From Methanomassiliicoccales archaeon (GTDB lineage: Archaea > Thermoplasmatota > Thermoplasmata > Methanomassiliicoccales > UBA472): a stretch of 64,000 bases of DNA. Both the position numbers and the translations under genes were made by a program. The number at the start of each line of letters is the position of its first letter. Positions within the stretch are counted from its first letter, which is position 1. The stretch covers positions 21,863 to 85,862 of the forward strand of contig DATKZX010000022.1 in NCBI GenBank assembly GCA_035527755.1. Reading direction: 5' to 3'. Under the pieces are notes generated by a model that saw only the letters and a program-made list of their open reading frames with translations, did not search any database and had not been told where the DNA came from. Below, one piece after another: positions 39,244-49,516 of the stretch.

Positions 39244-40155
39244 TCAACCCGCCCCGCTCACCATTCGCATCAAGGCGTGGATATACCCCTTGACGTATCG
39301 ACGGAACGATCTCCTGGCACCCTGAATGGCGATGATCATGAAGTAGTATGGAATGAGTATCAAGGTCTGTCCAAAGAAGCAGGTCAGCAGGCTCAGCCCG
39401 CTTTTCCTCTTTTGCACCAACATCAACATGTTCCGGCCATAGAAATAAGCTCGATATGGGGTCATAAGATTGGACCCGGCCACGCCGGTGGATATCGAAA
39501 CCTTATGCTCCGCAATGGCCCGAGGGACCAACCAGGATTCGTAACCTTTCTCCTCGGCCCTCAGGCAGAACTCGAGGTCCTCCGCATATATCTCGAAGTC
39601 CTCATCGAATTGGCCGATGTCGGAGAATATCTCGGCCTTGACCAGCATAGCGCACCCTGTGATGAAGGAGACCTGCCTATCTTGGTCGCCTCCATCGTCC
39701 TTCCAGTCCATGAGGGGGTGCGTCGATAAGCCCAACCAATGATTGAAATGACCACCGTTGAACCACATCACGTCTGTTCCGTAATAGAATATCTTGGGGC
39801 CAACGATCCCGGCGTGGGGGTGTCGCTCCAATGCTTCCAGGAGATCAACGACCATGCCTGGGCGGACGATCGCATCATTGTTGACCACCAGGATATGTGT
39901 GGCTCCTTCCTCCAGGGCTCGCTTGATGCCTCGGTTCACTCCCTTGGCATAGCCCATGTTCTCCTCGTTCTCCACGACCTTCAGTCCGGGGAAGTTCTTT
40001 AAAAGAAGAGGGACCGAACCATCTCTGGAACCGTTATCGACCACCAGCACTTCCACCTCGGGGTTGCCATTGAGTATTGAACGGACGCATTCGACGGTGT
40101 CTTCCGCCCTGTTCCAGTTCACTGTGACCGCAAAGGGCCTTTGGCCGGGGGCCAT
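39244..40155 (-). CDS. Glycosyltransferase family 2 (GT2_like_c)
   Basis: VNWN, VVDNGSRDG, N.GYAKGVNRG, VNNDA, TGCAML, YAEDLE. Confidence 0.9.
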   Translation of the reverse strand: MAPGQRPFAVTVNWNRAEDTVECVRSILNGNPEVEVLVVDNGSRDGSVPLLLKNFPGLKVVENEENMGYAKGVNRGIKRALEEGATHILVVNNDAIVRPGMVVDLLEALERHPHAGIVGPKIFYYGTDVMWFNGGHFNHWLGLSTHPLMDWKDDGGDQDRQVSFITGCAMLVKAEIFSDIGQFDEDFEIYAEDLEFCLRAEEKGYESWLVPRAIAEHKVSISTGVAGSNLMTPYRAYFYGRNMLMLVQKRKSGLSLLTCFFGQTLILIPYYFMIIAIQGARRSFRRYVKGYIHALMRMVSGAG

Positions 40156-40243
40156 GCCCCTGGATATGACATTACGCTATAAATCTAATCCTCAGTTGGT
40201 TTCTTACAAAGGTATAACTCCTTGAATTAGCAATTGAAAAGGG

Positions 40244-40633
40244 ATGTCCTATAAACAGTTCGATGTCTACGTGCAGGACCGTCCTGGAGAGATCTCCAGG
40301 GTGGCTGAGGCATTGGCCCATCACGCAGTGAACATCCGGGGTATATCCACGGACGTTGGCTGCGGAAAGCCGATGGTGCGCATAATCACCGACGACGACA
40401 ATAGCGCCCGCAGCGCTTTGAAGGCGGCGCAGCTGGAGTTCAAGGAGCAAGACGTCATAGTGGTGGCCATGCCTGATCGACCAGGGGAGCTCTCCAAGCT
40501 CACCAAGAAATTGGCCAGGGGAGGCATCAACATCAATTCCCTGTTCGTACTTGGAGCTAAGACCCAGATAGAGGAATTGGCGATGACCGTCGATCGATCC
40601 GAAGAGGCCAAGAAGCTATTGGACTTCTCCTAG
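40244..40633 (+). CDS. Tandem ACT-domain protein (COG4747-like)
   Basis: Two DRPGE...NI repeats. Confidence 0.88.
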   Translation: MSYKQFDVYVQDRPGEISRVAEALAHHAVNIRGISTDVGCGKPMVRIITDDDNSARSALKAAQLEFKEQDVIVVAMPDRPGELSKLTKKLARGGININSLFVLGAKTQIEELAMTVDRSEEAKKLLDFS

Positions 40634-41532
40634 GTCTTAACGGAACGGTTCCGCCGCGCCCTATCTAGCCCTTTTATGGAGATGATCATGATGGCCGCCA
40701 ATATCAGCGCTCCACCGATAACGGTCATCATGTCAGGCCTTTCCCCGAGTAGAATGAAGGAGAACAGTAGACCGAACACCATCTCCACCAAGAGTATGAT
40801 AGAGGTAGTCGTAGCCCCTAGGGACTTCAATCCTACGTTATACAACAGGAAGGCCACAGTTGTGCAGAACACCCCAGTATAAATAGCGAAGAGCACACCC
40901 GAAGCACCTAGAGTATAATCTGATATCATCGGCATACTGATGGGGATGGCCAGCAGAGAGGTCTGCATCACCACCGTGCAGGTGAGAAAAAGCAGCGAAT
41001 AACCTTTCTTTAATTCCCTGGTAGTGAACACGATGTAGAAGGCCCATGAGACCCCGGCCATGAACACGAGCATATCCCCCACGAAATTGCCTTCGCCCAG
41101 ATTCGTAAGGTCGCCTTTGGTGGCGATCAGACCTACCCCGACCATACCTAGTACCAGGCCGAACACGATGCGGCGGTTCAAACGCTCCTTGAGCACCACC
41201 GATGCCAGGACGGCCACGATGACCACGTTGATGTCGATCAGCAGCACGGTATTGCTGGCGGTGGTCTGGGTGAGACCAACGTTCTGCAGAAGTATGCCCA
41301 TGGCGTTCAGCAAGGCCACGCCCCAGAGGGTTTTGCTCTTGAACAGTGAGTAATCGAACTTGTAGAGAAAGAAAAAAGGGATTATGGATATGGCCGAGAA
41401 GACCGCCCGTAAGACGGTAAAAAGGAAGGGGTCCGTGCTTTCCACCCCCAGCTTGCCCGCCACGAAGGACGTGCCCCAGATCATGCCCGCTAGGATAAGC
41501 AAGGCATGTGTGTAGCGGGGCGTCGAGCTCAT
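40630..41532 (-). CDS. DMT/EamA family transporter
   Basis: IWGTSF, two EamA repeats, LKER / LGER motifs. Confidence 0.9.
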   Translation of the reverse strand: MSSTPRYTHALLILAGMIWGTSFVAGKLGVESTDPFLFTVLRAVFSAISIIPFFFLYKFDYSLFKSKTLWGVALLNAMGILLQNVGLTQTTASNTVLLIDINVVIVAVLASVVLKERLNRRIVFGLVLGMVGVGLIATKGDLTNLGEGNFVGDMLVFMAGVSWAFYIVFTTRELKKGYSLLFLTCTVVMQTSLLAIPISMPMISDYTLGASGVLFAIYTGVFCTTVAFLLYNVGLKSLGATTTSIILLVEMVFGLLFSFILLGERPDMMTVIGGALILAAIMIISIKGLDRARRNRSVKT

Positions 41533-41562
41533 ATCCTGCGAAATCTCCTTTATCTATTTATC

Positions 41563-42630
41563 TCAGAGGGAGCACCCAGGGCCCAGAATGGTCCCTTTTG
41601 CGCGGGAGGAAGTATGTATGATCGCGTCGTCGCCCAGTACACAGTCCACAAGATGAGCGCCGTCGCCGATGCGGCATCTTTCACCGATGATGCAGCCATG
41701 GACCGATACCCCCACACCCACGATGACATCGTCCAACAGCAGGGACCCTTCCATTTTCGTATTATGACCCAGAACGCATCTTGAACCGATCGCGCTGCGG
41801 GTGATGACGCAGCCGGTCGCCTCCACCTGGTCGCCGAAGTAGGCCGGACCTTTCACCATCGCTCCGATCGGAACGGTGCCCGCGACCGCCCCCTGGGCCG
41901 TGATAACCCCTTTCCTTGAGGCCATGTCCATGTTGGCCAGGTAGAGGTCTGAAGGCCTCCCTATGTCCTTCCAGTAACCGCGAAGGGGGGAGGCATACAG
42001 ACCGCGGCCCTTCTGCAGCATATCCAGGAACAGGTCCTTGGAGAAGTCATACCTCTCCCCCCTTGGGATCAGTTCCAACACCTCCTTCTCCAGGACATAG
42101 GTGCCGGCATTGATCACCCGGGAGAACACCTCCTCGGTGCGGGGCTTCTCCTTGAACCGCTCGATGCGCCCGTCATCATCCACTCCAACGATGCCGAACT
42201 GTTCCGGATGCTCTACCTCCGTCAGGCCCATTGTGGCCTCGGCCTTCCGCTGCATGTGAAAATCGATCAGAGCGCCGAGATCGGCGTCCGTCAATGTGTC
42301 GCCACTGCCGACAACGAACGTGCCTTCCAATCGGTCCTCCAACAGCTTGACCGCGCCAGCGGTACCCATCGGTTCCTTCTCATAGGCAAACTCGATCCTT
42401 ACGCCAAGACGTTCGCCTTTTCCCAGCACCTTGAGCACGTCCTCCGAACGGTAGCCGCATGCCAGGAACACCTCTTCCACGCCCGCTTGGGCCAGGGAGG
42501 CGATCACGTACTCGATGCAGGGAACGCCAAGCACCGGCAGGAGCGGTTTGGGCCTAGTACTGGTCAACGGACGAAGTCTGGTACCCTCTCCCCCGGCCAA
42601 TACTACCGCCTGCTTAACTCTCGTTCTCAT
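41563..42630 (-). CDS. NDP-sugar pyrophosphorylase (mannose-1-P guanylyltransferase-like)
   Basis: LAGGEGTRLRPLT..RPKPL, GTAGA, FKEKP, WKDIG, C-terminal hexapeptide repeats. Confidence 0.92.
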   Translation of the reverse strand: MRTRVKQAVVLAGGEGTRLRPLTSTRPKPLLPVLGVPCIEYVIASLAQAGVEEVFLACGYRSEDVLKVLGKGERLGVRIEFAYEKEPMGTAGAVKLLEDRLEGTFVVGSGDTLTDADLGALIDFHMQRKAEATMGLTEVEHPEQFGIVGVDDDGRIERFKEKPRTEEVFSRVINAGTYVLEKEVLELIPRGERYDFSKDLFLDMLQKGRGLYASPLRGYWKDIGRPSDLYLANMDMASRKGVITAQGAVAGTVPIGAMVKGPAYFGDQVEATGCVITRSAIGSRCVLGHNTKMEGSLLLDDVIVGVGVSVHGCIIGERCRIGDGAHLVDCVLGDDAIIHTSSRAKGTILGPGCSL

Positions 42631-42639
42631 CCCTTCACC

Positions 42640-43503
42640 TCACTCGAACAGCTTGATCACGTTACGGTCCTTCCGTGCGCCTATGGCCAAAGAGACAGGG
42701 TGACACTTGCTGCGCAACAGATGCACTATGGGGCGCATGTCACTGTCCGACAGCGCCTCGAAGTTGGCCATGCCCTTAGCTATGATCAGGTCGGCGCTGT
42801 CGAACGCCCTCTTGAGCTCGTCCGGCATCGCCTTCAGGTCCACCCCAATGGCGAATACGCCGGTGGTCAGGCATTGGTCCAATATCTGGTCCGCGCCGGA
42901 TATGGAAAGGTCCTCCCAGGTGGCGTCGGTGATGATGGGCTCGCCCTTCACCACTCCAGTGACCTTCAACCCCAATTTCTTCAGTTCACGTAAAAGGGGC
43001 AGGTCGAGCACGATCTCTCCGCAGTTGTCGAAGAGGTAGACCACCTCCTTCGCCTCGCGAAGCAGCTCCCGCATTCGGGGGAGATCGTTGGGTTCCGGTT
43101 CCTCGATCGTCAACGAATCGAAGGTGGAACGCAGTTCCTCCGGGCTCTCGAAGCCCCCGATACCGAAGTCCATGACGTTGCCGGCGATGGCGACCAGGCA
43201 GGCGGTCTTCAATCGGTCTTCAGAGAGATCGACCATCTCCTGCGCCCGGGGCAACAAGGAAAGCGCCACCCGATTGGCCTCTGCCTTCAGGTCCCTATAT
43301 GGATCGGCCACTCCCATCATATCATAGGACAAACGATGCACCCGGGTGGCCAGTCTTGCCGAGTTGATGCCCGGGCTCCATCCTTCGGCCACGAGGCGGA
43401 CGCAGGCGGACATCACCTGTGCTTCTAACGCACTGTCCACTAATCTCGTTTGGAAAAGTACCCGGCGGAGCAGGCAAGGAGCACATTCGGCGCTGAATTC
43501 CAT
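42640..43503 (-). CDS. DUF89/ARMT1-like damage-control phosphatase
   Basis: ECAPC, DPY, AGNVMD, DNCGE...D, KGMANFE; the ORF-track extension to 43746 overlaps cdc48 and was not accepted. Confidence 0.9.
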   Translation of the reverse strand: MEFSAECAPCLLRRVLFQTRLVDSALEAQVMSACVRLVAEGWSPGINSARLATRVHRLSYDMMGVADPYRDLKAEANRVALSLLPRAQEMVDLSEDRLKTACLVAIAGNVMDFGIGGFESPEELRSTFDSLTIEEPEPNDLPRMRELLREAKEVVYLFDNCGEIVLDLPLLRELKKLGLKVTGVVKGEPIITDATWEDLSISGADQILDQCLTTGVFAIGVDLKAMPDELKRAFDSADLIIAKGMANFEALSDSDMRPIVHLLRSKCHPVSLAIGARKDRNVIKLFE

Positions 43504-43591
43504 GACCATGAAAGCGAGGCGGCGATAATATTGCTTTCGTTCGTACGATGCAAAGTTAATATCCAGAGAACTGATTTGGAGGACGATAATT

Positions 43592-45790
43592 ATGGTCGAG
43601 TCGGTTATCCTCCGTGTGGCGAAGGCCCAACAACAATCAGATGCCGGGTTGGGACGGGCCCGCCTCGATATGAAGACCAGGAAGGAACTGGGAGTGGAGA
43701 TCGGGGACGCCGTGGAGGTCACCGGGAAGAAATTGACCGTGGCCAAGGTCCTCCGGGCCGTTCAAGAGGACGAGGGGAAAGGCATCATACGCATCGACGG
43801 GATGACCAGGGCCAATGCCGGGGTCTCCATCGGTGAGAGGGTGACCGTCGGTAGGGCTGACTTTCCTCAGGCCGGTAAGGTGGTTCTTGCCCCCAAGATC
43901 CCCACCGGTAAGCGCATCACCTTCGGTGCGGGGATCGACGACCTCTTCCGAAAAGGGCTCACCGGAAGGCCGGTCATCAAAGGCGATGAGATAATCGTTC
44001 CCAACTTCGCGGTCGGTGGGAACTTCTATTCGTGGATGGTCATTTCCACCCAGCCAACCGGCGGGGTGGTGGTCGCTGATCACACCGAGGTAGTGGTCAA
44101 GGCCGAACCGACCGAGGTAACTGACGCTTTCTCCCCTTCGGTCACCTATGACGACATCGGAGGATTGGAACACGTTCTTCAACGCATACGGGAGATGATC
44201 GAGCTTCCGCTCAAGCATCCGGAACTGTTCGATCGCTTGGGCATAGACGCCCCCAAGGGAGTACTGCTCTATGGTCCATCAGGGACCGGGAAGACATTGC
44301 TGGCCAAAGCGGTGGCCAGTGAATCGGGGGCGGCGTTCTATTCCATCCAAGGACCGGAGATCATGTCCAAATATTACGGTCAGAGCGAGGAGAAATTGCG
44401 GGAGAAGTTCGATGAGGCCGCAAAGAACGCCCCCTCGATCATCTTCATCGACGAGATCGATTCCATCGCCCCTAAGCGTGAAGATGTCTCTGGGGAGGTC
44501 GAGCGCCGCGTGGTCGCTCAATTGCTCACCTTGATGGATGGTCTATCGGAAAGGGGGCAGGTCATCGTAATTGGCGCGACCAACCGGCAGGACTCCATGG
44601 ACCCGGCGTTGCGCCGCCCGGGACGCTTTGACAGGGAGATCGAGGTCGGCGTCCCTTCCTTCCAGGGACGGAAGGAGATACTGCAGATCCATACCCGAGG
44701 TATGCCCTTAGGCGAGGATGTGAACCTGGATCATTATGCCAATTATACCCATGGCTTCACAGGCGCGGACCTGGCCGCCCTGGCCAGGGAGGCGGCCATG
44801 AAATGCCTGGCCCGCTTCATGCCCGCGTTGGACCTGGATAAATCCATTCCAGTGGACATCCTGATGCTCATGAAGGTGACCGCGTACGACTTCGATGATG
44901 CCTTAAAGGAGGTGGAGCCATCCGCCTTACGCGAAGTGCTGGTGGAGATGTCCAACGTAGGCTGGTCCGACGTGGGAGGCCTAGAGGAGGCGAAGCAGCA
45001 ACTGAGGGAGATGGTGGAGATGCCCATCGAGAAGGCAGATGCATTCAAACGATTGGGGATCCGTCCTTCGAGGGGAGTTATGCTATATGGCCCACCGGGG
45101 ACAGGGAAGACATTATTGGCCAAGGCCGTCGCCAACGAATCCAAGGCCAATTTTATCTCTATCAAGGGACCGGAGATCATGAGCAAGTGGCTGGGTGAGA
45201 GCGAGAAAGCGATCAGGGAAGCGTTCAAGAAAGCGCGGCAGGTGGCCCCGACCATCATCTTCCTGGACGAGATCGACGCCATCGCTCCCCGACGCGGCTG
45301 GAGCGAGGGTTCGAACGTAACCGAGAGGGTGGTCAATCAATTGCTGACGTCCATGGATGGATTGGCATCGAGGGAGGGAGTGACGGTCATCGCCGCGACG
45401 AACCGTCCTGATATAGTGGACAACGCTTTGCTACGACCCGGTCGATTCGATCGCCTCATCCTAGTGCCAGTGCCGGACGCCAACTCCAGGAAGGCCATAT
45501 TAGGAGTGCATACCCGAAATATGCCCATCAAGGACCTGGACATGGAATCTCTGGTCGCCCGCACCGATGGGTTCGTCGGTGCGGACCTGGAGAACCTTTG
45601 CCGGGAGGCCGCCATGGCCGCCCTGCGACTGGATGAGAACACCCAGTTAGTGGAGATGCAGCATTTCGAGACTGCCTTGAAGAACGTCAAGCCTTCGGTG
45701 GACAAGGAATCGGCGCGGCAGTACGATCAGATGGGAAAGAACTTGCACAAGGCACGGGCCGGAATGAACGATCTAGGGATATTCAGGTAG
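43592..45790 (+). CDS. cdc48: Cdc48/VAT family AAA+ ATPase
   Basis: N domain plus two AAA modules (GPSGTGKT / [13 protein letters not shown] / LDEID, RPGRFDR). Confidence 0.96.
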   Translation: MVESVILRVAKAQQQSDAGLGRARLDMKTRKELGVEIGDAVEVTGKKLTVAKVLRAVQEDEGKGIIRIDGMTRANAGVSIGERVTVGRADFPQAGKVVLAPKIPTGKRITFGAGIDDLFRKGLTGRPVIKGDEIIVPNFAVGGNFYSWMVISTQPTGGVVVADHTEVVVKAEPTEVTDAFSPSVTYDDIGGLEHVLQRIREMIELPLKHPELFDRLGIDAPKGVLLYGPSGTGKTLLAKAVASESGAAFYSIQGPEIMSKYYGQSEEKLREKFDEAAKNAPSIIFIDEIDSIAPKREDVSGEVERRVVAQLLTLMDGLSERGQVIVIGATNRQDSMDPALRRPGRFDREIEVGVPSFQGRKEILQIHTRGMPLGEDVNLDHYANYTHGFTGADLAALAREAAMKCLARFMPALDLDKSIPVDILMLMKVTAYDFDDALKEVEPSALREVLVEMSNVGWSDVGGLEEAKQQLREMVEMPIEKADAFKRLGIRPSRGVMLYGPPGTGKTLLAKAVANESKANFISIKGPEIMSKWLGESEKAIREAFKKARQVAPTIIFLDEIDAIAPRRGWSEGSNVTERVVNQLLTSMDGLASREGVTVIAATNRPDIVDNALLRPGRFDRLILVPVPDANSRKAILGVHTRNMPIKDLDMESLVARTDGFVGADLENLCREAAMAALRLDENTQLVEMQHFETALKNVKPSVDKESARQYDQMGKNLHKARAGMNDLGIFR

Positions 45791-45798
45791 GTGTGATC

Positions 45799-46353
45799 AT
45801 GGTAAAAGTATTGAAACTGAAGAGAGAGACCAAGACGGTACCGGTAAAAGAGAACGCCTTGAAAAAGGAAAGTGATGTTCTCGACCCACGTGCGGAAAGC
45901 CTGCGCATACTCTCCCAATTCTACATCGGTGAGACAGACCTCAACATGAAATCGAGGCAGATCAGCATCGCCCATGGGAAGGAGGTCTCCGATCCGATAG
46001 CGGCACTTGAGCTTCTTAAGGACCGGGTGATCATAACCGAGGACGTAGATCTCAAACTGAAGATGTATCAGGCCATCGCAGATCTACTGAGCAGCCTAGG
46101 GATGGAGGAAGACCTGCATATGGTCCAGGGGATCGTTGCCCGGGTGAATCTGAAATCGTTCAAGGAATTGGGCTTCGAATGGGTGGAGGTGGAATGCGCG
46201 GAGGACGCCTGCCCGGCCTGTAAGAAGATGGCCGGCAAGAGAATGAACATCGATGAGGCCTTTGAATCGATGCCTCTTCCCTGCCAGGAATGCACCACGG
46301 AAAAGGGGGCTGTCCAGGGGTATTGCCGATGCCGTTACTTCGCTGTCTTTTAG
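45799..46353 (+). CDS. Hypothetical protein with C-terminal Cys-rich, MuF-like metal-binding motif
   Basis: DACPACKKMAGK...PLPCQEC...YCRCRY; a few nt downstream of cdc48. Confidence 0.7.
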   Translation: MVKVLKLKRETKTVPVKENALKKESDVLDPRAESLRILSQFYIGETDLNMKSRQISIAHGKEVSDPIAALELLKDRVIITEDVDLKLKMYQAIADLLSSLGMEEDLHMVQGIVARVNLKSFKELGFEWVEVECAEDACPACKKMAGKRMNIDEAFESMPLPCQECTTEKGAVQGYCRCRYFAVF

Positions 46354-46430
46354 GACGCCCAGCCGAATATCTATAAATACGCTAAATCTCATGCGATAGT
46401 AGAACAGGGCCATCTGTTTGGGGTGCGGAA

Positions 46431-46673
46431 ATGAGGAAGTTCATAACCGAGTTGAAGGGGAAAACGGTCATGACCAACGACGGTCAGATTTTGGGCATGA
46501 TAGACAACTTCGTGGTGGACACATTGACCGGCGAGATCAACCATGTACTGGTCGTCCCGGCCGAAGAGATAGATAGCCGTTTGTTCCGCACTGACAGCCA
46601 TGGCCGCCTGGTGCTCCCGTTCAGCGAAATGAAGGATGTCCGTGACGTTGTGGTCATGAGCATCTCCCGCTAA
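46431..46673 (+). CDS. PRC-barrel protein (CdpB2-like)
   Basis: LKGKTVMTNDGQILG.IDN..VD..TGEI...LPF..MKDVRDVVVM. Confidence 0.85.
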   Translation: MRKFITELKGKTVMTNDGQILGMIDNFVVDTLTGEINHVLVVPAEEIDSRLFRTDSHGRLVLPFSEMKDVRDVVVMSISR

Positions 46674-46762
46674 ACCCCAAGCTCCTTAATTTTTACTGTC
46701 ACACGGCCTTTGCCATTGTAAGAGCTAAGGCTGTACCTTTCTCCACATGGCCGTGAGCGCCC

Positions 46763-49516
46763 TTACTTTTTTGATAATAGGCGTGCCCGATCACGTCCCG
46801 CTTGGGCCTCACGGAACCCTGGACTGAGGTCCAGAGCATCCTGGAACAGGGTTAAGGCCCAGCGATAGTCCTTCTCGCTCTCAGCAATGACGCCCAACAT
46901 GAAGAGCACGTCCGCCCCCTCATCCATCTTAAGAGCCGAGGTCAGGCTCTCCTTGGCCCCCTTGGTGTTCCCTAGGGCCATCTGGGCGTTGCTCAGGTTA
47001 AGCAGATACTCTGGTCGCCGGTCCTCATCCGCCGCGGCCTTCAGGCATTCGATCGACTGATCGTACCGCCCGGAGGCGAAGAGGGTGCATCCGATGTTGT
47101 TCATGGCGTCGGAGTAATGGGGATCGACCTCCAGGGCCAATTTCATCATGTGGATCGCCTGGTCGTAATCGAACTCCCCCATGAAGCGCATGCATACCCC
47201 CATATTGTTCAACCCCTCGGGGAAGGCTGGGAACTCGGATAAGATGACCTTCAACAGTTTGGAGGCTTCGCGGTATCTTCCCAATCGTATCAACGCCAGT
47301 ATCTTGGCGTGCTTCATCGGTAGCGCCTCGTTCCGCATTTCCATACGCACTAGTTCTGCATATTCCCCCCTTTCAAGGAGGTCCAAGGCAGATCGGCAAC
47401 GGGCCTCGTGGCACCCTTCCGCCCCTTTCAACAGACGACCCCCTTCCCCCCCGAAGCGGTGAAAGAGAGCCTCCAGGTCTAGAATGGTTCGTGGATCGTT
47501 TGGAGAGTGCCGTAAGGCTTCCTTGAGGGCTTCGGCGGCTTCTTCGCCCCTTCCCATACTAAGCAGTGTTCGGGACTTCAACCGCAGCAGTTCCACGTCT
47601 GAAGATTCCTTGAGGCTGAGATCGATGACCTTAAGGACCTTTTCCCTTTGGCCACCTATGAGCAGTATGCTGGCTTCCTGCCAAGCTTTCTCCTGTCTTT
47701 CCGTTCCTATCGGGGGCAGGGAAATATCGAAAGCCCATGTCGGCTTGGGGTGCGGTACCTCAACTTCTTTCTCAGATTCGGTCGGCTGAACGGCCTCGAT
47801 TGGTGCGGGCTCCCTCTCGGGCGCCTCCATCGGCGGTTCCACCAGCTGCAATGCCCCCGGTTCCGGAAAGGTCTCGATGGCCAAGGACTCCTTGTTCACC
47901 GTCACTGGTTTGAGCAGTTCCGGCAGCGATTCCAGCTGGCCAGGGGGTTCGAGCTCCTGCAGAGACCTCTCTTTGGAGACCTCGACCGGCAGGGGATGAC
48001 CAGGGAATGGTATCATTTCGGTCTCTTCCTCAGGGGCGCACTCCTCGATCGTTGGCTCCTCGATTATCTCATCGGGCGCATCGACATCCTCGAGCACTTC
48101 CGTAGGTTGAAGGACCTCATGAACGACAGGAGCCTCTTCAACTGTCTCAGGCGTTTCCTCTGGGACGCACTCCTCGATTATCTCATCGGGCGCGGGAGGT
48201 ATGGCGACCTCGGGTTCCTCGACAAGGATGACCTCATCGACGAACGTTTGCTCTGGCGCGCTCTCTTCCGCGGGGGGCTCCTCCAGTCCCATGAGCTTCG
48301 CCAATGAGTCCCTCTCATTGCGCACCTGTTCCAGGGACGGTTCCAGATAAAGCGCTCGGTCCATGGCCGTCAGGGCGTCCTCGTTCTGCTCCAGCTCCAT
48401 CAGGCATCTCCCCAGATGAGCCCATATGTCCGCCCTTGAATCGACCAAGCGCAGCACGTCCTTCCAGGATTCGACGGCGGCCGAACGTTCGCCCCGCTCC
48501 TCCTGCATACGGGCGAGGTTGATAAGCGGATCGGCGAACTCCCGGTCGAGTACGCTGGATTTTTCAAATGAGGCGTGGGCCTCTTTGAGCCGTCCGAGCC
48601 CCTTTAACACCAATCCCCGGTTGTTCCATCCCTGCGGCTCCTGCGGGTGATGCTTTACCAGGTCGTTGAAGACCTTCAGCGCCCATTCCAGGCGTCCCAT
48701 CTCAAAGAGCGTGGCCCCTTTGTTCAGCAGTGCCGGGGTGTGCGTGGGGTTTATGCGCAACACGTTGTCGTAAGCGGTCAGTTCCTTCTCCCTGTCCCCG
48801 ATCTGATTCTGAATAAGAGCGATGAGGAACCAGGTGGTCGCATCGCCGGGACGTAGTTCGCTGGCTCGGTTGGCCGAGCTCAGTGCTTCGGTCGGATGTC
48901 CCGTCTCCAAAAGATATTCGGCCTTTTTTAGCCACAACGAATCGTTCATGGGCTTGATCTCCAGTGCCATGTCCAGCACCTGGATCGCCCTGGCCATTTC
49001 CCCTTTCTCGTGTCTCTCCTCTGCCTCTTCCAGCAAAGCCTCCAGCTTGCATACCGAGGGTAGACAGGGTTCTCCACGGTCCTCCAGTATCTTACGGTCC
49101 TCCTTCAACAGTAGAGGCTCGTCGAGCCCGTACTTCTCCAACAGGGCCAGGAACTTATCCATGTCGGCGTAGGATACCTTCTCCATCTCCAGGTAGTTCA
49201 GCGTGCCGGGGTCCAGGCCCTGCAGCGTCATGAAGACCGCGACACGACCGGAGGTCTTGGCCTCCTCGACCAAGGAGCGGACTATTAGCTCGGGATCGGC
49301 GTATTCGCCACGGGAAGTGAGTATCAGATAGCTTTCCTCACCCTGTCCGTGTATGATTATGGAGTTCTGCTCCTCCCTCACCTTCTGCACACGGACGCCA
49401 ATACCGCTTATCAAGGACAGTATCAGTTCACGGTAATCGGAGGAGCTCAGGGAGCGTATAGCCTGTACCACTCTTTCCCTCTTGTTCTGGTCAAGTTTCT
49501 CGGCGAGATCGGTCAT
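46763..49516 (-). CDS. TPR protein with N-terminal Mrr-like domain and acidic Pro/Glu linker
   Basis: Two TPR arrays (W..K, NKG, WNNRG, NNMG) separated by an E/P-rich linker; ATG overlaps the upstream stop. Confidence 0.85.
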   Translation of the reverse strand: MTDLAEKLDQNKRERVVQAIRSLSSSDYRELILSLISGIGVRVQKVREEQNSIIIHGQGEESYLILTSRGEYADPELIVRSLVEEAKTSGRVAVFMTLQGLDPGTLNYLEMEKVSYADMDKFLALLEKYGLDEPLLLKEDRKILEDRGEPCLPSVCKLEALLEEAEERHEKGEMARAIQVLDMALEIKPMNDSLWLKKAEYLLETGHPTEALSSANRASELRPGDATTWFLIALIQNQIGDREKELTAYDNVLRINPTHTPALLNKGATLFEMGRLEWALKVFNDLVKHHPQEPQGWNNRGLVLKGLGRLKEAHASFEKSSVLDREFADPLINLARMQEERGERSAAVESWKDVLRLVDSRADIWAHLGRCLMELEQNEDALTAMDRALYLEPSLEQVRNERDSLAKLMGLEEPPAEESAPEQTFVDEVILVEEPEVAIPPAPDEIIEECVPEETPETVEEAPVVHEVLQPTEVLEDVDAPDEIIEEPTIEECAPEEETEMIPFPGHPLPVEVSKERSLQELEPPGQLESLPELLKPVTVNKESLAIETFPEPGALQLVEPPMEAPEREPAPIEAVQPTESEKEVEVPHPKPTWAFDISLPPIGTERQEKAWQEASILLIGGQREKVLKVIDLSLKESSDVELLRLKSRTLLSMGRGEEAAEALKEALRHSPNDPRTILDLEALFHRFGGEGGRLLKGAEGCHEARCRSALDLLERGEYAELVRMEMRNEALPMKHAKILALIRLGRYREASKLLKVILSEFPAFPEGLNNMGVCMRFMGEFDYDQAIHMMKLALEVDPHYSDAMNNIGCTLFASGRYDQSIECLKAAADEDRRPEYLLNLSNAQMALGNTKGAKESLTSALKMDEGADVLFMLGVIAESEKDYRWALTLFQDALDLSPGFREAQAGRDRARLLSKK
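48056..48193. repeat. 24-bp direct repeat in the TPR-protein linker
   Basis: CTCCTCGATTATCTCATCGGGCGC at 48056-48079 and 48170-48193, encoding APDEIIEE. Confidence 0.85.

Noticed and set aside
45799..46353. Prophage suggested by the MuF-like motif
   Set aside because: No portal, terminase, capsid or integrase genes; flanks are housekeeping genes.
46701..46756. CACGGCC...GGCCGTG inverted repeat between convergent genes
   Set aside because: Only 7 bp with a loop of about 40 nt; chance occurrence is plausible in GC-rich DNA.
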